A DNA stretch of 64,000 nucleotides from Octopus vulgaris (taxonomy: Eukaryota), in assembly GCA_951406725.2 (NCBI GenBank), contig OX597816.1, positions 118,420,001-118,484,000 of the forward strand, in the 5' to 3' direction. This document shows, in pieces, positions 51,251 to 63,814 of this stretch. The translations under genes and the position numbers were made by a program. The notes below the pieces were generated by a model. The model searched no databases. It was not told the origin of the DNA and saw nothing but the letters and a program-made list of their open reading frames with translations. How positions within the stretch are numbered: the stretch's first letter is position 1; every line of letters starts with the position of its first letter.

Positions 51251-51696
51251 GCAGATATATATGTACACATAGATGCATTCATATATACATACACACATAT
51301 ACATACACATATATACACGCACATATATATACACACATGCAGATATATATGTACACATACATGCATACATACACATATATACACACATATATATATATAT
51401 ACACACACATGCATACATACACATATATACACACACATATATACACACACATGCATACATACACATATATACACACACATATATATATATATATACACAC
51501 ACACATGCATACATACACATATATACACACACATATATATATACACACACATGCATACATACACATATATACACACACATATATATATGCATACATATAT
51601 ATATGTATACACATATACACACACATGTAAATATATGCACAAACATGCATAAATATCTACATATACACACATATATATGCATACATGTATACATAC

Positions 51697-51729
<33 letters not shown>

Positions 51730-51852
51730 TACATCATATATGGAATGAAAGATAAATACATGTATATCCATGTTATATATATATATATGGATATATAAGA
51801 CTAACATACATAAATACAAATGTACATCTATGCATGCAAGCACATACATATA
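50549..51852. repeat. Very large compound RY microsatellite/minisatellite region
   Basis: (TA/TG) block 50549-50792; (TA/CA) block about 50983-51852 with recurring acacacatgcatacatacacatatat units. Confidence 0.97.
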
Positions 51853-52158
51853 CTCACAAGGTGAAAGTCATGGAGACAGAAAGAGGTGGGTGAGAGGGCA
51901 TAAAAGACAGCTTTTGAACTAGCAACATGAAGAAAGCAGTCTAGGAAAGATTGATGTCAAGAGGTTTGAGGTGTACAAGTGACACTCAGTGTACACCTCA
52001 CTGGTTTCCATTTTTTCAGCTAGATGCATAATTCAGACTAAAGTTACAATTCAGTCTCAAGTGAAGCAAGCAATATGAAACTATGCTGAGTAGGTGTGCT
52101 TATAATTCAATGAGAGTAACAAAAGATCTGGTCTACATTAGCTGTTTTACTATCTCTG

Positions 52159-52210
<52 letters not shown>

Positions 52211-52484
52211 AACAAGAAAATCCAAGTGAATATCTATTATGTATATATATTCCAAGATCAGACATCCACCTACCTTGTCTACAATATTAACCATATATAT
52301 ACATACGTACAACTTACAAACTCCAAATGTGTCGATATTCTACAGAAAATAAAGGAATTCTCAAACACAGGATGTCTATGAAGGCACCTAAGAAAAATCA
52401 GGAAAATACCCTTCAGAAGATGGAAAAAACTCGGCCAGCGCGCCTCTATACTACATCAAACCTGTATCACTCAGATTCTAGCAA

Positions 52485-52870
52485 CATGCCTTCTACTGTA
52501 GCCTTGGACTGACCAAAGCCTTGTGGGTGGATATGGTAGATGGAAACGGAAAGAAGCCTATTATATACATATATATATATGTGTATATATCATTATTGTC
52601 ATCATCATTTTAACATCCGTTGTCCATGCTGGCATGGGTTGAACAGAATGTGTGTATCTGTCTGTCTTTGTCCCCCCACCCCACCCCACACCGCCATTTG
52701 ACAACCAGTGCTGGAGTGTTTATGTCCCATAACTTAGGGGTTCAACAAAAGTGTCCAATAGAATAAGAACCAGGTTTTGAAGAAAAACAAGAAGTACTAT
52801 GGTTGATACATATGACTAAAAATTCTTCAAGGTGGTGCCACAGTGTAATGGTTGAAAACAGTAAAAGATT
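52485..52870 (+). mobile_element. 5'-truncated SINE family A with short family D tail insert
   Basis: ccttctactgtagccttggactgaccaaagcc...; insert catcattttaacatccgttgtccatgctggcatgggtt at about 52595-52645. Confidence 0.7.
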
Positions 52871-53289
52871 TTATATATATATATATATATATATATTATG
52901 AGACCTCTTTCAGTGTAGAGAAAATTAAGAAAAAATTTTTAATTCTTACATAAACTTTATTTCTTCTCTTTAAGAAATTACTCAAAGCAAAACAAAAATA
53001 ACACCACACAGCAGCATTAAGTTTAGAGAAAAGGTAATGTTTACACAAATGAAACCAAACAACAGGCAAGGTATCCATTCTTTTTACCACAGGGCTCATC
53101 AATAAAGATCTGAATGTTTTCCGTGAGTGGAGAACCTACCACCAGCCCTTAACATCTTGCACAAAGTAAGGAGTATTGTGAACAAGACAATGAAAATGAG
53201 AATGTAGCCTGTCTGTCTGTAAAGCACATGTGGTAAGTACCTTGAAAGGAAACCATCAACATCAAGTGGATAAATTAAACAAAATATAT

Positions 53290-53675
53290 ATGGATGTGTG
53301 GTAAAAAGCTTGCTTCTCAACCACATGGTTCAGGGTTCAGCCCTACTGTATGGCACCTTGGGCGAGTGTCTTCTACTATAGCCCCAGGCTGATAAAGCCT
53401 TGATTTGGTAGACAGAAACTAAAAAAATATGTGTGTGTGTGTGTGCATGCGCATGTCTGCAAGTGTCTCTTTCTGTGTTTGTCCCACCACCACTACCATT
53501 TGATGTTGGTGTGTTTACATCACCGTCACTTAGCAGTTCAGTAACAAACACAGCTAGAATAAATACCCAGCTTAAAGATGACTAAGGGCTGGTGTTGATT
53601 TGTATGATTAAAATTCTTCAAGGCAGTGCCCCAGCATGGTCACAGTCTAATGACTGAAGCAGATAAAAGATAAAG
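53290..53675 (+). mobile_element. SINE family A
   Basis: gtgtggtaaaaagcttgcttctcaaccacatggttc...cagtctaatgactgaagc. Confidence 0.82.
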
Positions 53676-54624
53676 AATATAACAGATTATTTATACTGAT
53701 CCTTGGCAACCTCCATCCCACAGGACTTTTTGAATGACATCCCTTTACAAAAAAAAAACCTTTCAATTTTTATTTTTTTCGGTGCTGTCCACCTGATGAT
53801 GAGACATATCTTGTATGGCCTTCATCTCAAACAAGTTGTCCATACCTGATTTATATTGTCACAGTTTTAATGTACCTATTTCCATACTTGTACGGATCAG
53901 AGGGAATTTGGTGAATGAGACTGTTCACAGCAGACTGCCATTCCTATTACCAAATCCTCACCTTTTTCTAAGCATGGTAATATTCTCCATAGGTGGAAGC
54001 AAATAACATTGCTCATCTTTTATCCTTCACTTGTTTCAGGCACTGGATTGTGACAGTGCTTCAGTACTACCTTGAAGGATTTAGTCAAACAAATCAACCC
54101 AGTAATAATATTTTTTTGAAAAGCCTGATATTCATTATATTGGTCTCTTTTGCTTTTTGCTGAACTGCCAGGTTATGAAGACATAACCAAACTAATATTG
54201 GTTGATAAGAGGTAATGGAGGACAAACACAAAGATATATATATATATATAGACTCTCCTGTCAAAGACGAAGAGCGTTCAGCTTTTTGTCGAATGACCTG
54301 CACAAATGATTTCTTTATAGTGATCAAATGTTCATGCTACACATTAGCTTACTCTCTCATCAAATCAACATTATCTGAACAGGTGCATGATGTACCAAAT
54401 GTCAGGTGTGAAAGTGATCACAGAGCAATATAAGATGAAATGTTTTGCTCAAGAACACCATGCACTATCTGGTCTAGGAATTGCAACCACGATCTTGCAC
54501 TTATATACATACGGTAAAGTTTTATTTGTCAACATAACATGGCAGTCCTGACTAGAACAAAATTACTACTTTTTAACCCCAGGAAAACAGATAGACAGAC
54601 AGAGAAAGAGAGGGGGGGGTCATC

Positions 54625-54953
54625 TTTCAGCCTTTGTCAACCACTTCCACTTACAAAGCTTTGGTCAGTTTGGGGTTATATATAGTAAAAGACACTTGCC
54701 CAAGATGCCACAGCATGGGATGGAACTCAGAACTATGTGGATGAGAAGCAAACTTTTTATCACACAGTCATGCCTGCCACATTGTATGATGTCAGAATTA
54801 TCTATAGGTGTGACTGTGTGGTAAGAAGCTTGCTTCCCAATCACATGGTCCCAGGTTCAGTCTCACTGTGTGACACCATGCCTCAGGCCAACCAAAGCCT
54901 GTGAGAGCCTTTGGTAGACAGAAACTGAAAGAAGCCTGTTGTACATATATATA

Positions 54954-54992
<39 letters not shown>

Positions 54993-55197
54993 GGGTTCCT
55001 TCCCCCTCCCACCATCATTTGATAACCAATGCTAATGTATTTATGTCCCCATAGTTTAGCAGTTCAGCAAAAGAGGTCTACAGAATAAGTACTAAGCCTA
55101 CAAAGGATAAATCCTGAGGCCAATTTCTTCGACTAAAACCCTGAAGGTGGGGCTCCAATACAGCTGCAATCAAATGACTGAAACAAGTAAAAGAATG
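54625..55197. mobile_element. Head-to-head inverted SINE family A pair (54625-54778 minus head; 54805-55197 plus)
   Basis: gacacttgcccaagatgcc...cacacagtcatgcct, about 27-nt spacer, aggtgtgactgtgtggtaagaagcttgc. Confidence 0.8.
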
Positions 55198-56284
55198 ACA
55201 GAATGTAAATACAATCTATTTTGCAAATTACTTAAACAACAAAAAATTATCTATGATTATGTTTTGTTATTCTTTCACTAAATTATTTTATATTGGTTAC
55301 TACGAATGCAAAGTAAAAAAGTAAATTGAAAGTATGGCCACCAATTATTTATTGTCAACCCATGCCCCTCTCATCCTTCTGTATTTTCACCCTATGAGTT
55401 TGCTGTTTGCTTACCATCTTCCTTCAGCTAAACACACACATCCACTCACCCACATACACTTTATTTATACACACTAGCACTTTATTTATCATTCCCACCC
55501 CTCTTCTATCACTCAAACTTTGTCTTATCCTTGCCAGATTAAACACATTTCCCAACTGCTAACCTGCACAATTTTTGAACTGTACATTAACTCTATTAAA
55601 ATCAATAAGTTATCACTAACCTTATTCAGAGACTGTTTTTCAAACTGAACAACAAAGCTACTGAAATAATTACTAGAATACTGCCAGAGTTCAAGGAGAA
55701 CAAATGCATGCCTGCAAGTTGCATCTTAAGACAAAACAGTTATAAACTCATATTGGTTTATATAGAGTGTCTATAAGATGTGCGCAATTTAAAATGCCTA
55801 TAGTTTTGTATGTATACTTGATAAAAGAATCTATAAAAAAAAAACCATTGAAGGCTTTGTGTGTCTAGTTTTTCTATCTGCAGAAAAATTATTCATTATT
55901 TATTTTACCTATTATTTTTTTATCTATTTCTTGAAACTTGCTATTTTTTCCTGTTCTTTCCTTTTGCAGGATTGCTGTTGGCCTATGGTATCATCACTGG
56001 AAGAGAAAGTAAACAGCATTCTTTGGTTAGCTGAGCTGAAATCTACCATTGCTATCCAAAGAGGGTTTACAACTCATTACCATAAAGAAGCACCATAGAG
56101 TGAAAAGTAGTGTTTATTCAAACCTCTAAATCTTAAGAGGTCTTGTAAGCTCAAATAGCTGATGTGATTGAAGGTATTACTGAGAACCAGCAGCAAAATG
56201 CTTTCTGAGAAGTCCAGAATTGTATTCATCATCATCATATATGTTATGATGGTGGACATGTATCAAATTAACTATCCCAATAAG

Positions 56285-56740
56285 AAATTTGTCCGCATGG
56301 ATAATGGTTCACTTGCATTAAACGAGGCTGCAAAAAGAGAGGTTTGGAGATGCCACTATGAAAGGTTGCCCAATAAAGAGAGTGAATGGGAGAAAGAGAG
56401 TCTGCTGAATGTCGACCCAACAGAGGGACCAGCTATCTGAGTTAACAGTACCTTGGTAGCTACAGCAATTAAGGGTATGAAGACAGGGAAAGCCCCTGGC
56501 CCATCAGGAATCACTGCAGAGATGCTTAAAATATCTGGCGGCATTGGCTATAGCCTAGTCACTCGTATAGTTAACCAGGTGATACATGAAGGAGTCATAC
56601 CCAATGACTGGTGTAGCAACACCATAGTCAACTGCCACAAAGGAGAAGGTGATGTTTTAGATACAAATAATTACAGAGGTATCAAGTCACGGAGAAGGTC
56701 ATAATCCAACTAATTAGGGAGAGAGTCAGTTTAGACAGAA
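56285..56740 (+). mobile_element. RTE LINE internal fragment (pre-RT and RT start)
   Basis: AKREVWRCHYERL..; AIKGMKTGKAPGPSGITAEMLK...IPNDW..TIVNCHKGEGDVLDTNNYRGIK. Confidence 0.92.
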
Positions 56741-56769
56741 ACCTATTGAGAAGTGTAAACAAACCAAAA

Positions 56770-57185
56770 TCGCTGATTTGGCCGATGACAGTACCACCTG
56801 ATTGGCACTCGTGCCAGTGGAACATTAAAAGCACCTTTCGAGCATGATCGTTGCCAGTGTCGCCTTACCAGCACGTGCCGGTGGCATGTGAAAAACAACA
56901 TTCGAGCGTGGTCATGGCCAGTGCCACCAAATGGGCTCCTGTGCAGGTAGCACATAAAAACATCTTTTGAGCGTGAGCATTGCTAGAACCGCCTGACTGG
57001 CCCTCATGCCAGTTGTGCGTAAAAAGCACCCACTACACTCTCAGTTGGCATTAGGAATGGCATCCGACAGTAGAAACTTTGCCAGTCCAGATTGAGCCTG
57101 GTGCAGCCTCTGGCTCACCAGTCCTCAGTCAAACCGATCGACCCATGCCAGCATAGAAAACAGACAAACAATTATGATGATAATG
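56770..57185 (+). mobile_element. SINE family D with an internal ~65-bp tandem array (about 4 units)
   Basis: gtgccagtgg..taaaagcacc.ttcgagc.tg.tcgttgccagtg repeated; Meta-like ttggcattaggaatggcatcc; (gat)n tail. Confidence 0.8.
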
Positions 57186-57287
57186 ACTTGTTCTTTCTTA
57201 TCCTTTTTACAGGTTAATTATATCAGTTACCAAACTACACATATTTTAAATTGCACATGACTTCAGAAACACCCAGTATATATCTTT

Positions 57288-57660
57288 ATCTTTTACTTGT
57301 TTCAATCACTGGACTGCAGCTACACTGATGCACTGTCTTGAAGGGCTTAGTTGAATAAATCAACTCCAGTACTTTTGTTTTTTTTAAAAGCCAGTTACTT
57401 ATTCTATTAGTCACTTTTTGCGAAACTGAAGATAAACAAGCCAACACTGGTTATCCCCTACCATCACTTGTCAACTAGCATTGGGTACAAATACATGCAA
57501 ACGCATGCACACACACACACACATCTTTTAATTTCTGTCGACCAAATCCATTCGCAAGGCTTTGGTCAGCGCAGGGCTAAAGTAGAAGACACTTGCACAA
57601 GATGCCACACAATGGAACTAAACTTGAAATCATGTGGTCAGGAAGCAAACTACTTATTGC
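57288..57660 (-). mobile_element. SINE family A
   Basis: ttttacttgtttcaatcactggactgcagc...gtagaagacacttgcacaagatgcc. Confidence 0.8.
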
Positions 57661-58031
57661 AAATTTTTTAGACCTTTCAATATTTGCCCCAGCTCCTGGT
57701 ACTCAGAATCTAAATCCTGTTGAGATTAATTTTGTCTGCCATCATTCTTTCTTTCTTTCTATTAACTACACTGCATTGAGTTTAAGATTGTGGAAGACTG
57801 CCTACAATGGCACTTTCTTCAAAATTGGAGAAGTATTGAATGGGTGACCAACAACTTCTCATTGAAAAGTGATATAGTACTAGAAGCATTGAAGGACTGA
57901 TCAATATTTCGAAGAGAATGGAAATAAAAACAATAAATATCAGTCATAATTGCAACAAAACTATAAATCCATATAAATCCAATGATTCCTCAGAATACTG
58001 TTATTATGTCAGTAATAATTAACTACTCAAA

Positions 58032-58828
58032 CTCTTGTTACCATCCCACCTGGGACCACTTATGTTTCAAAAGTACTCTTGTATTTAACCCATTAGCATT
58101 TCAACCAAGCATATTCAACCCAAATATTCTACTGGTTTCATGTTCAAACTAGCCATGCCTGGCTTCTACAATGTCACTCTAAAAATAGACAATCACATTA
58201 CTGAAATCTCAAAACTTAATGCATGATTAATTGAAAACAATGTTGATAAAGTTTGCTGCCCAAACATATGGATCCAGGTTCCGTCTCACTGTGTAGCACC
58301 TTGGGCAAGTGTCTCTTGCTGTAGCTTTGAGCCAACCAAAGCCTTCTAAGTGGATTTGGTATACAGAAAATAAAAGAAGCCCAGAGAGAGAGAGAGAGAG
58401 AGAGAGTGTGTGTGTGTGTGTGTGTGTGTGTCACCACCACCACTTGACAACCAGTGTTGGTGTGTTTACATCCCCATAACTTGGCAGTTCTGCAAAATGA
58501 ACTAAGAGAATAAGTACTAGGCTTTAAAAAAAAAAAAATCAGTGCTGGAGTCAACTCATTCAAGATAGCTGCAGTCTAATGACTGAAACAAGTAAAGAAC
58601 AAAATAAGTATTACATCTGACAGATTAATCTGAATGCTAAAAAGTTAAAGTGTGCATACTTAAATTAAAACCTTCCAACATAATCCTATATAAAAAAGTA
58701 AGCGGTAACTTTCTTTTGGTTAGGTTTTGCACATAAGCTTAATAATTCTACCGAATTGTTAATTATTTTAAAAATTAATTGAAACTCTTAAACAGTGTAT
58801 TTTCATTAGAAATATGGTAACAAAATGG
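58032..58828 (+). mobile_element. Triple nest: SINE A (about 58246-58600) in MITE A (58089-58644) in MITE B
   Basis: TTAA at 58085 and 58645 around MITE A; host ends gaaatatggtaacaaaatgg|TTAA at 58829. Confidence 0.8.
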
Positions 58829-59257
58829 TTAACCAGTGAAACTTTTGATCAATACCTGAAGGATGCATGAAAGAATATTCTGTTTGGATCACAGAGAATT
58901 CAATAGATTGCTTATATAACCATCGAATAAGTGATGTTTGATGATGCAGTCCAGGAAAAATAATTCAATTTCCTGATGTACTTGACTTTTGTTTTTGTTA
59001 GGTTCTCTTCTTTTATCAATTACTAAATAACCTATATTATCTGGAACATAGTTAATCTGTATCTTTCCCTAACATCTAAACACCACCACCACCCGCCACA
59101 CATACACACGCACATGTATATATGTACACACACATACATTCTTTATTTTTAGTGGTTTAAATAATATACATTCCAAGAATTTTTCCTTGCGCCAAATAAC
59201 TTCCCTCCTTTTCCGACAAGATAATTATTAATATTTCTATTATTATTAATAATAATA

Positions 59258-59505
59258 ATTGTTTCTACTATAGGCACAAGGCCTGAAATTTGGGGAAGGG
59301 GGATAGTAGATCACATTGACTCCAGTACTTGACTGGTACTTAAGTTATCAACCCCAATACTGTGAAAGTCAACCCTAGGGGAATTTAATAATAATAATAA
59401 TAATAATTCTTTCTATTATAGGCACGAGGCCAACAATTTTGCCAGCACTCAACAGGTACTTATTTCATTGACCCCAAAAAGATAAAAGGTAAAGTTGACC
59501 TCACC
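59258..59505 (-). mobile_element. Two truncated SINE family C 3' portions
   Basis: (aat)n ttctactataggcacaaggcc...cattgactccagtact; second copy at about 59390. Confidence 0.7.
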
Positions 59506-61039
59506 CTGGCATCTTTAAGACTTTAAGCATCATGCTTTTTAAAACTTCAAGACAAAGGAACAGAAGGAATTCAAATGGGTGTGCCAAGAACTTGCCTCTA
59601 TTCAAATAATAATTTCTCAGTTAGGAACATGTCCTACTATTAATAGTACAGAGTATAAACAAGGCATAGACAACTAGTTTTAAGAAATGGGCTGCCTGAG
59701 ACATGGCTCAACATCAGGTGGGCTGTGTTACTAAAAAGATTTGAAGTAAATTTTTTTAATTTAGGTATGCCATTCAGAGAATTTCAAGAGCTGCAGTTTG
59801 CCCCATGACAGATATAAACAAACACAGCAATTCCATATCATGTTGATGCTTATTTTAGCAACTTTTGACAGATAAGACAATGTTGTATAGGGACTGCAAA
59901 CTCAAAAGGCAAGTCAGAGAAAAGCTACAGGTGGCTGATTTGGTGTGGTACTCAGATTTAGCAGTAGCAAAAAGAAGTTGGGGGACCCTCAAATTGGCCT
60001 GGTCCAGGTGTAAGCAGGTACTACAGAACAATACAATTTATTCTTGCAAGCAGATGTCATCATCATTTATCATCTGCTTTCCATGCTGGCATGGGTTAGA
60101 CAGTTTGGAACTAGTAAGCTAGAGAGCGGCACCAAGTTCCTGTCTGATTTTGCATGGTTTCTATCACTGGCATGGTTTCTATCAAGGTGCTAGAAATAAC
60201 AACTAAATCTCTAAATTACATCCTACTATCTTGAAAAATTCCAGTAATGTCAGCTTTCTCTTTTCATGACTTTCTTGCAGCTGTTAATTTGTAGTGTTTC
60301 AAGAGGAACCTCAAAAACGTCAACCTCATTGTCTTGGAGAGACTGCAAAGACCAGGGGCACTACCCCTTCCTTCAGACCCAGCTGGTGTGAGTTTCTTTG
60401 TCCTAGGTATCAGGAAGACATTCAGCAAGAAATGCAAACAAAATTGACAAAAGGAGTGGGGTGGGTAATAACAGTTTCAAATTTTGGAAAAAAATACCAG
60501 CAATTTAAAGGACAGGATAAGTCAGTGTAACAAACTCCCATTATTCAACTAGTAATTATTTTACTGATTAGAAAAAGAATGAACAGCAAAGTTGGTCTCA
60601 GCAGAATCTGAACCCAGAATGTAAAGAACCAGAAGAAATAACAATAATAATCAAATGTCATCACAACTCTTAGTTTAGAAATAAAATTATTTAATGTGAA
60701 GCCAGACACAGACACAGACTTATATCAAGGAATAACACATCTGATGTGGATTGAAGATCAAACTGATCAAAACATAGCATAGATGTAAACAACTAGAGTA
60801 TATCTATGTAATATATATTCTACAAATGAGCTTAATAATCCAGAAAATTATCTTTAATCTCATTAGAGAATTTTAGACATCTAATTAAATATGTATTAAA
60901 ATAATTTAATTGAACGCTCATTAAGGCAAACGTTTATTTCATCAGTTTGATGAGTTAGGAAGAGCTGTAATGTCATGGTGAAGAAGTGTATGACAAAGCC
61001 ACACTAGCAATTGGTGTGGCAGACAGGAAAGTGGCATAC

Positions 61040-62140
61040 AAGTGATGAGGGGTTATTCTATGTGGAGAATGCATGGAATAAAGATGGGCCACCTCCTGCT
61101 AACTCTGCAAAGGGACCATCAGTTCAAGTTCACAAGCAGCATGATAGACAAATTTAGTACTTGAGGAGAAAGAAAGCTGCTAGTTCATCAAGGATAGTTG
61201 CAGAGATGCTCAAAGTATTTGGTGAGTTAGGGTACAATGTTTACCATCTAGTAATACAGGAAGGTGTCATATCCAATGACTGGTGTAGTAGTATCATCAC
61301 AAACAGCTACAAATGTAAAAGAAATGCTTTAGATAGAAGAAATCATAAAGGAATTAAACTGCTGCATCAAGTTATGAAGTTCACATAGAGAAGAACAGCA
61401 CAATTGATTTATAACAGAGTAAACCTAGATGAGATGCAGTTTGGCTTTGTGCTCAGCAGTGGTACCATGGATGCAACCAACCTTCCTAGTGAGACAACTG
61501 CAAGAGGAACACTTAGCTAAAAGCAAACCACTATTCCTAGTATTTGTTGATATGGAGAAGGATACTACCTTTAGAAATTTGGCAGTCACTATGTGCAGCT
61601 GAATGACACGTTAGAGCTGTACAAGCTATGTACAAAGTAAAGTAAGTAAAGTGAAAATTAAGAAACAAATTCAGCAATGAATTTAAGATTATCACAGGAG
61701 AGTTTATGAATGGCTGTCCATGAGATGTTGATGATTTACTTCTCATAGCTGAATCTATAGTAGAATAAGAGAGGAAGTTCCAGGTATGAAAACTATACCT
61801 AGAATCAAGAAGCCTAAAGGTAAACTTAGCAATGGCTAAGGTTTTAGAACACAGGCAAGACATGACACTGACATCATCAGGGAAATAGTTGTACACAATA
61901 TTCAGAAAAAGAATAAGCATAAACTTCATGCACTGCGCCCAATGTAAGCTGTGGAAACACAAGAGGGGTAGTGGAATACCCAGCAGACCAACAAAGAAAA
62001 TAAATTTCATATGTGAAAGATCCACAGAAGCAATATGTACTATGAGTATACTGAAAACAAGATTCTCTTAAAGGTTCACCAGAAGCAGCTGATAGCTTCT
62101 GTTACCTTGGAGACAAAATCAGCAGGGGTGGCAGTATGTG
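61040..62140 (+). mobile_element. Decayed RTE LINE (RT and C-terminal part)
   Basis: IVAEMLK..ISNDWCSSIITNSYKCKRNALDRRNHKGIKLL; LDEMQFGF; VRQLQEEHLAKSKPL..FVDMEK; CAQCKLWKHKR; SFCYLGD. Confidence 0.88.
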
Positions 62141-63008
62141 TCAGTAAACCAAACTTATGTTTTTTTTACTTTAAGTTAAATTATTGACATAAGTGCTTCC
62201 ATAAGATCCAGGAAGCATAGAAACCAAGAAACATAAGTATTCACTCATGTGCATGCTTTTGTGTTTGTACACACTGCCTGTATGTACTTAAACCAATGTG
62301 TATGCCATAACGTGTATGCATATACTTGTTTGTATATGCTTGCCTGCTTACATGATGTACATTATTGTATGTGTGTGTGTATTGCACTTGTTTATGAGCC
62401 TATTTATTAATGTGTGCACATGCATGTGCATAAGCAGCTAGCCTTATCTGAGATAAGAGAAGAACCATAACAACAGCTCAGACTGTTCAAGTACTTACTC
62501 TTTCATTGGCATGAGGTTAAGCAGAGGTTCCTGTCTCAATAAATAGTTAGTTATACATAACATATATATATATATATATATATGTATTCATGTGTGCATG
62601 TATACAAAATGAGAATGGGGGAGAGAGAAAGAGAGAGTGGGAGGGGTTATGTGAGACAAAGGTTTTCTCATGTACACATTTATTAACATTTGTAAACATA
62701 AGTAAACATATGATATGAGGGTGCCTAAACATGGTTACTGGCCAACTTGAAATAACAGCTAAGTTTCTCAGAAATCTAACTATTCCATCTTGAAAAAAAA
62801 GGTCAAGGAGAAGATGCATGAAATAATGCAATCCTATGTACACTCTTATTGTTTGTTTCAACCTTCATAATATAACTAGATGTATGCACACACAATCAAG
62901 GTTCGCCTGGGGCTAAAGGACAACAAACCTGAAAATACATATATACATGCACATAGATAATACTGTACAGTTATATGTGCACACAATACATTCAAATGTG
63001 GAGAAGTA

Positions 63009-63814
63009 GGATCTTTTCCTTTTGAACGGCACATGTCAACACAATTTCTAGTTAACTAAACACTTTTAAACTTCGTATATTGGTAGAATGTGTTTATAAA
63101 ACATCATTTTTCTTGGCTTTGTTGAGAAAATTCTATAGTTTGTAAGATATTTTATCTGAAATTTCGAGCATTTCGGCAATTTTAACTAATCACTGACCTC
63201 CATTTGGGGTGAAAACATTCTGTGCTGTATGAATATGTCCCTCGTTTAAGAAACAGATTGGGTTTATTTACATTTGCGAAGAAAAAAAGATATCCTTCCC
63301 CCCACCCCTAACCCTAACTCTAACCCTAAATCTAAAATAGATTGAAATGCAATAGATCAATACTAGGGTTATAATTATGGGTGACATTTTCATACAACAC
63401 CGCTACAGAAAATGGGATTTTTTTCTAGCGGTGTCATATGAAAATGTCACCCATAATTATAACCCTAGTATCGATCTATTGCATTTCAATCTATTTTAGA
63501 TTTAGGGTTAGAGTTAGGTGGGGGAAAGGGTATCTTTTTTTCTTCGCAAATGTAAATAAACCCAATCTGTTTCTTAAACGAGGGACATATTCATACAGCA
63601 CAGAATGTTTTCACCCCAAATGGAGGTCAGCGATTAGTTAAAATTGCCGAAATGCTCGAAATTTCAGACGAAATATCTTACAAACTATAGAATTTTCTCA
63701 ATAAAGCCAAGAAAAATTATGTTTTATAAACACATTCTACCAGTATACGAAGTTTAAAAGTGTTTTGTTAACTAGAAATTGTGTTGACATGTGCCGTTCA
63801 AAAGGAAAAGATCT
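63009..63814. mobile_element. 806-bp near-perfect foldback DNA element with 8-bp TSD
   Basis: GAGAAGTA (63001-63008)|ggatcttttccttttgaacggcac ... gtgccgttcaaaaggaaaagatct|GAGAAGTA (63815-63822); arms of about 400 bp with a very short loop near 63412. Confidence 0.95.

Larger units (their letters stand above)
55763..57277 (+). mobile_element. Deleted Tc1/mariner-superfamily element (DUF4817-like HTH N-terminus) containing nested RTE and SINE sequence
   Basis: Imperfect TIRs ta.agagtgtctataagatgtgcgcaatttaaaatg / attttaaattgcacatgacttcagaaacacccagta; MVSSLEEKVNSILWLAELKSTIAIQRGFTTHYHKEAP. Confidence 0.7.

Noticed and set aside
50492-51849. Long ORFs up to 308 aa (CVYIY / THTHIY repeats)
   Set aside because: Stop-free read-through of TA/CA/TG microsatellite; no coding signature.
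56770-57035. Regularly spaced repeats resembling a CRISPR array
   Set aside because: Whole units are homologous with no unique spacers, they are embedded in a eukaryotic SINE, and no cas genes are present.
63296-63530. Telomeric repeat or chromosome end
   Set aside because: Only 3-4 imperfect TAACCC units, symmetric within the arms of a TSD-flanked foldback element.
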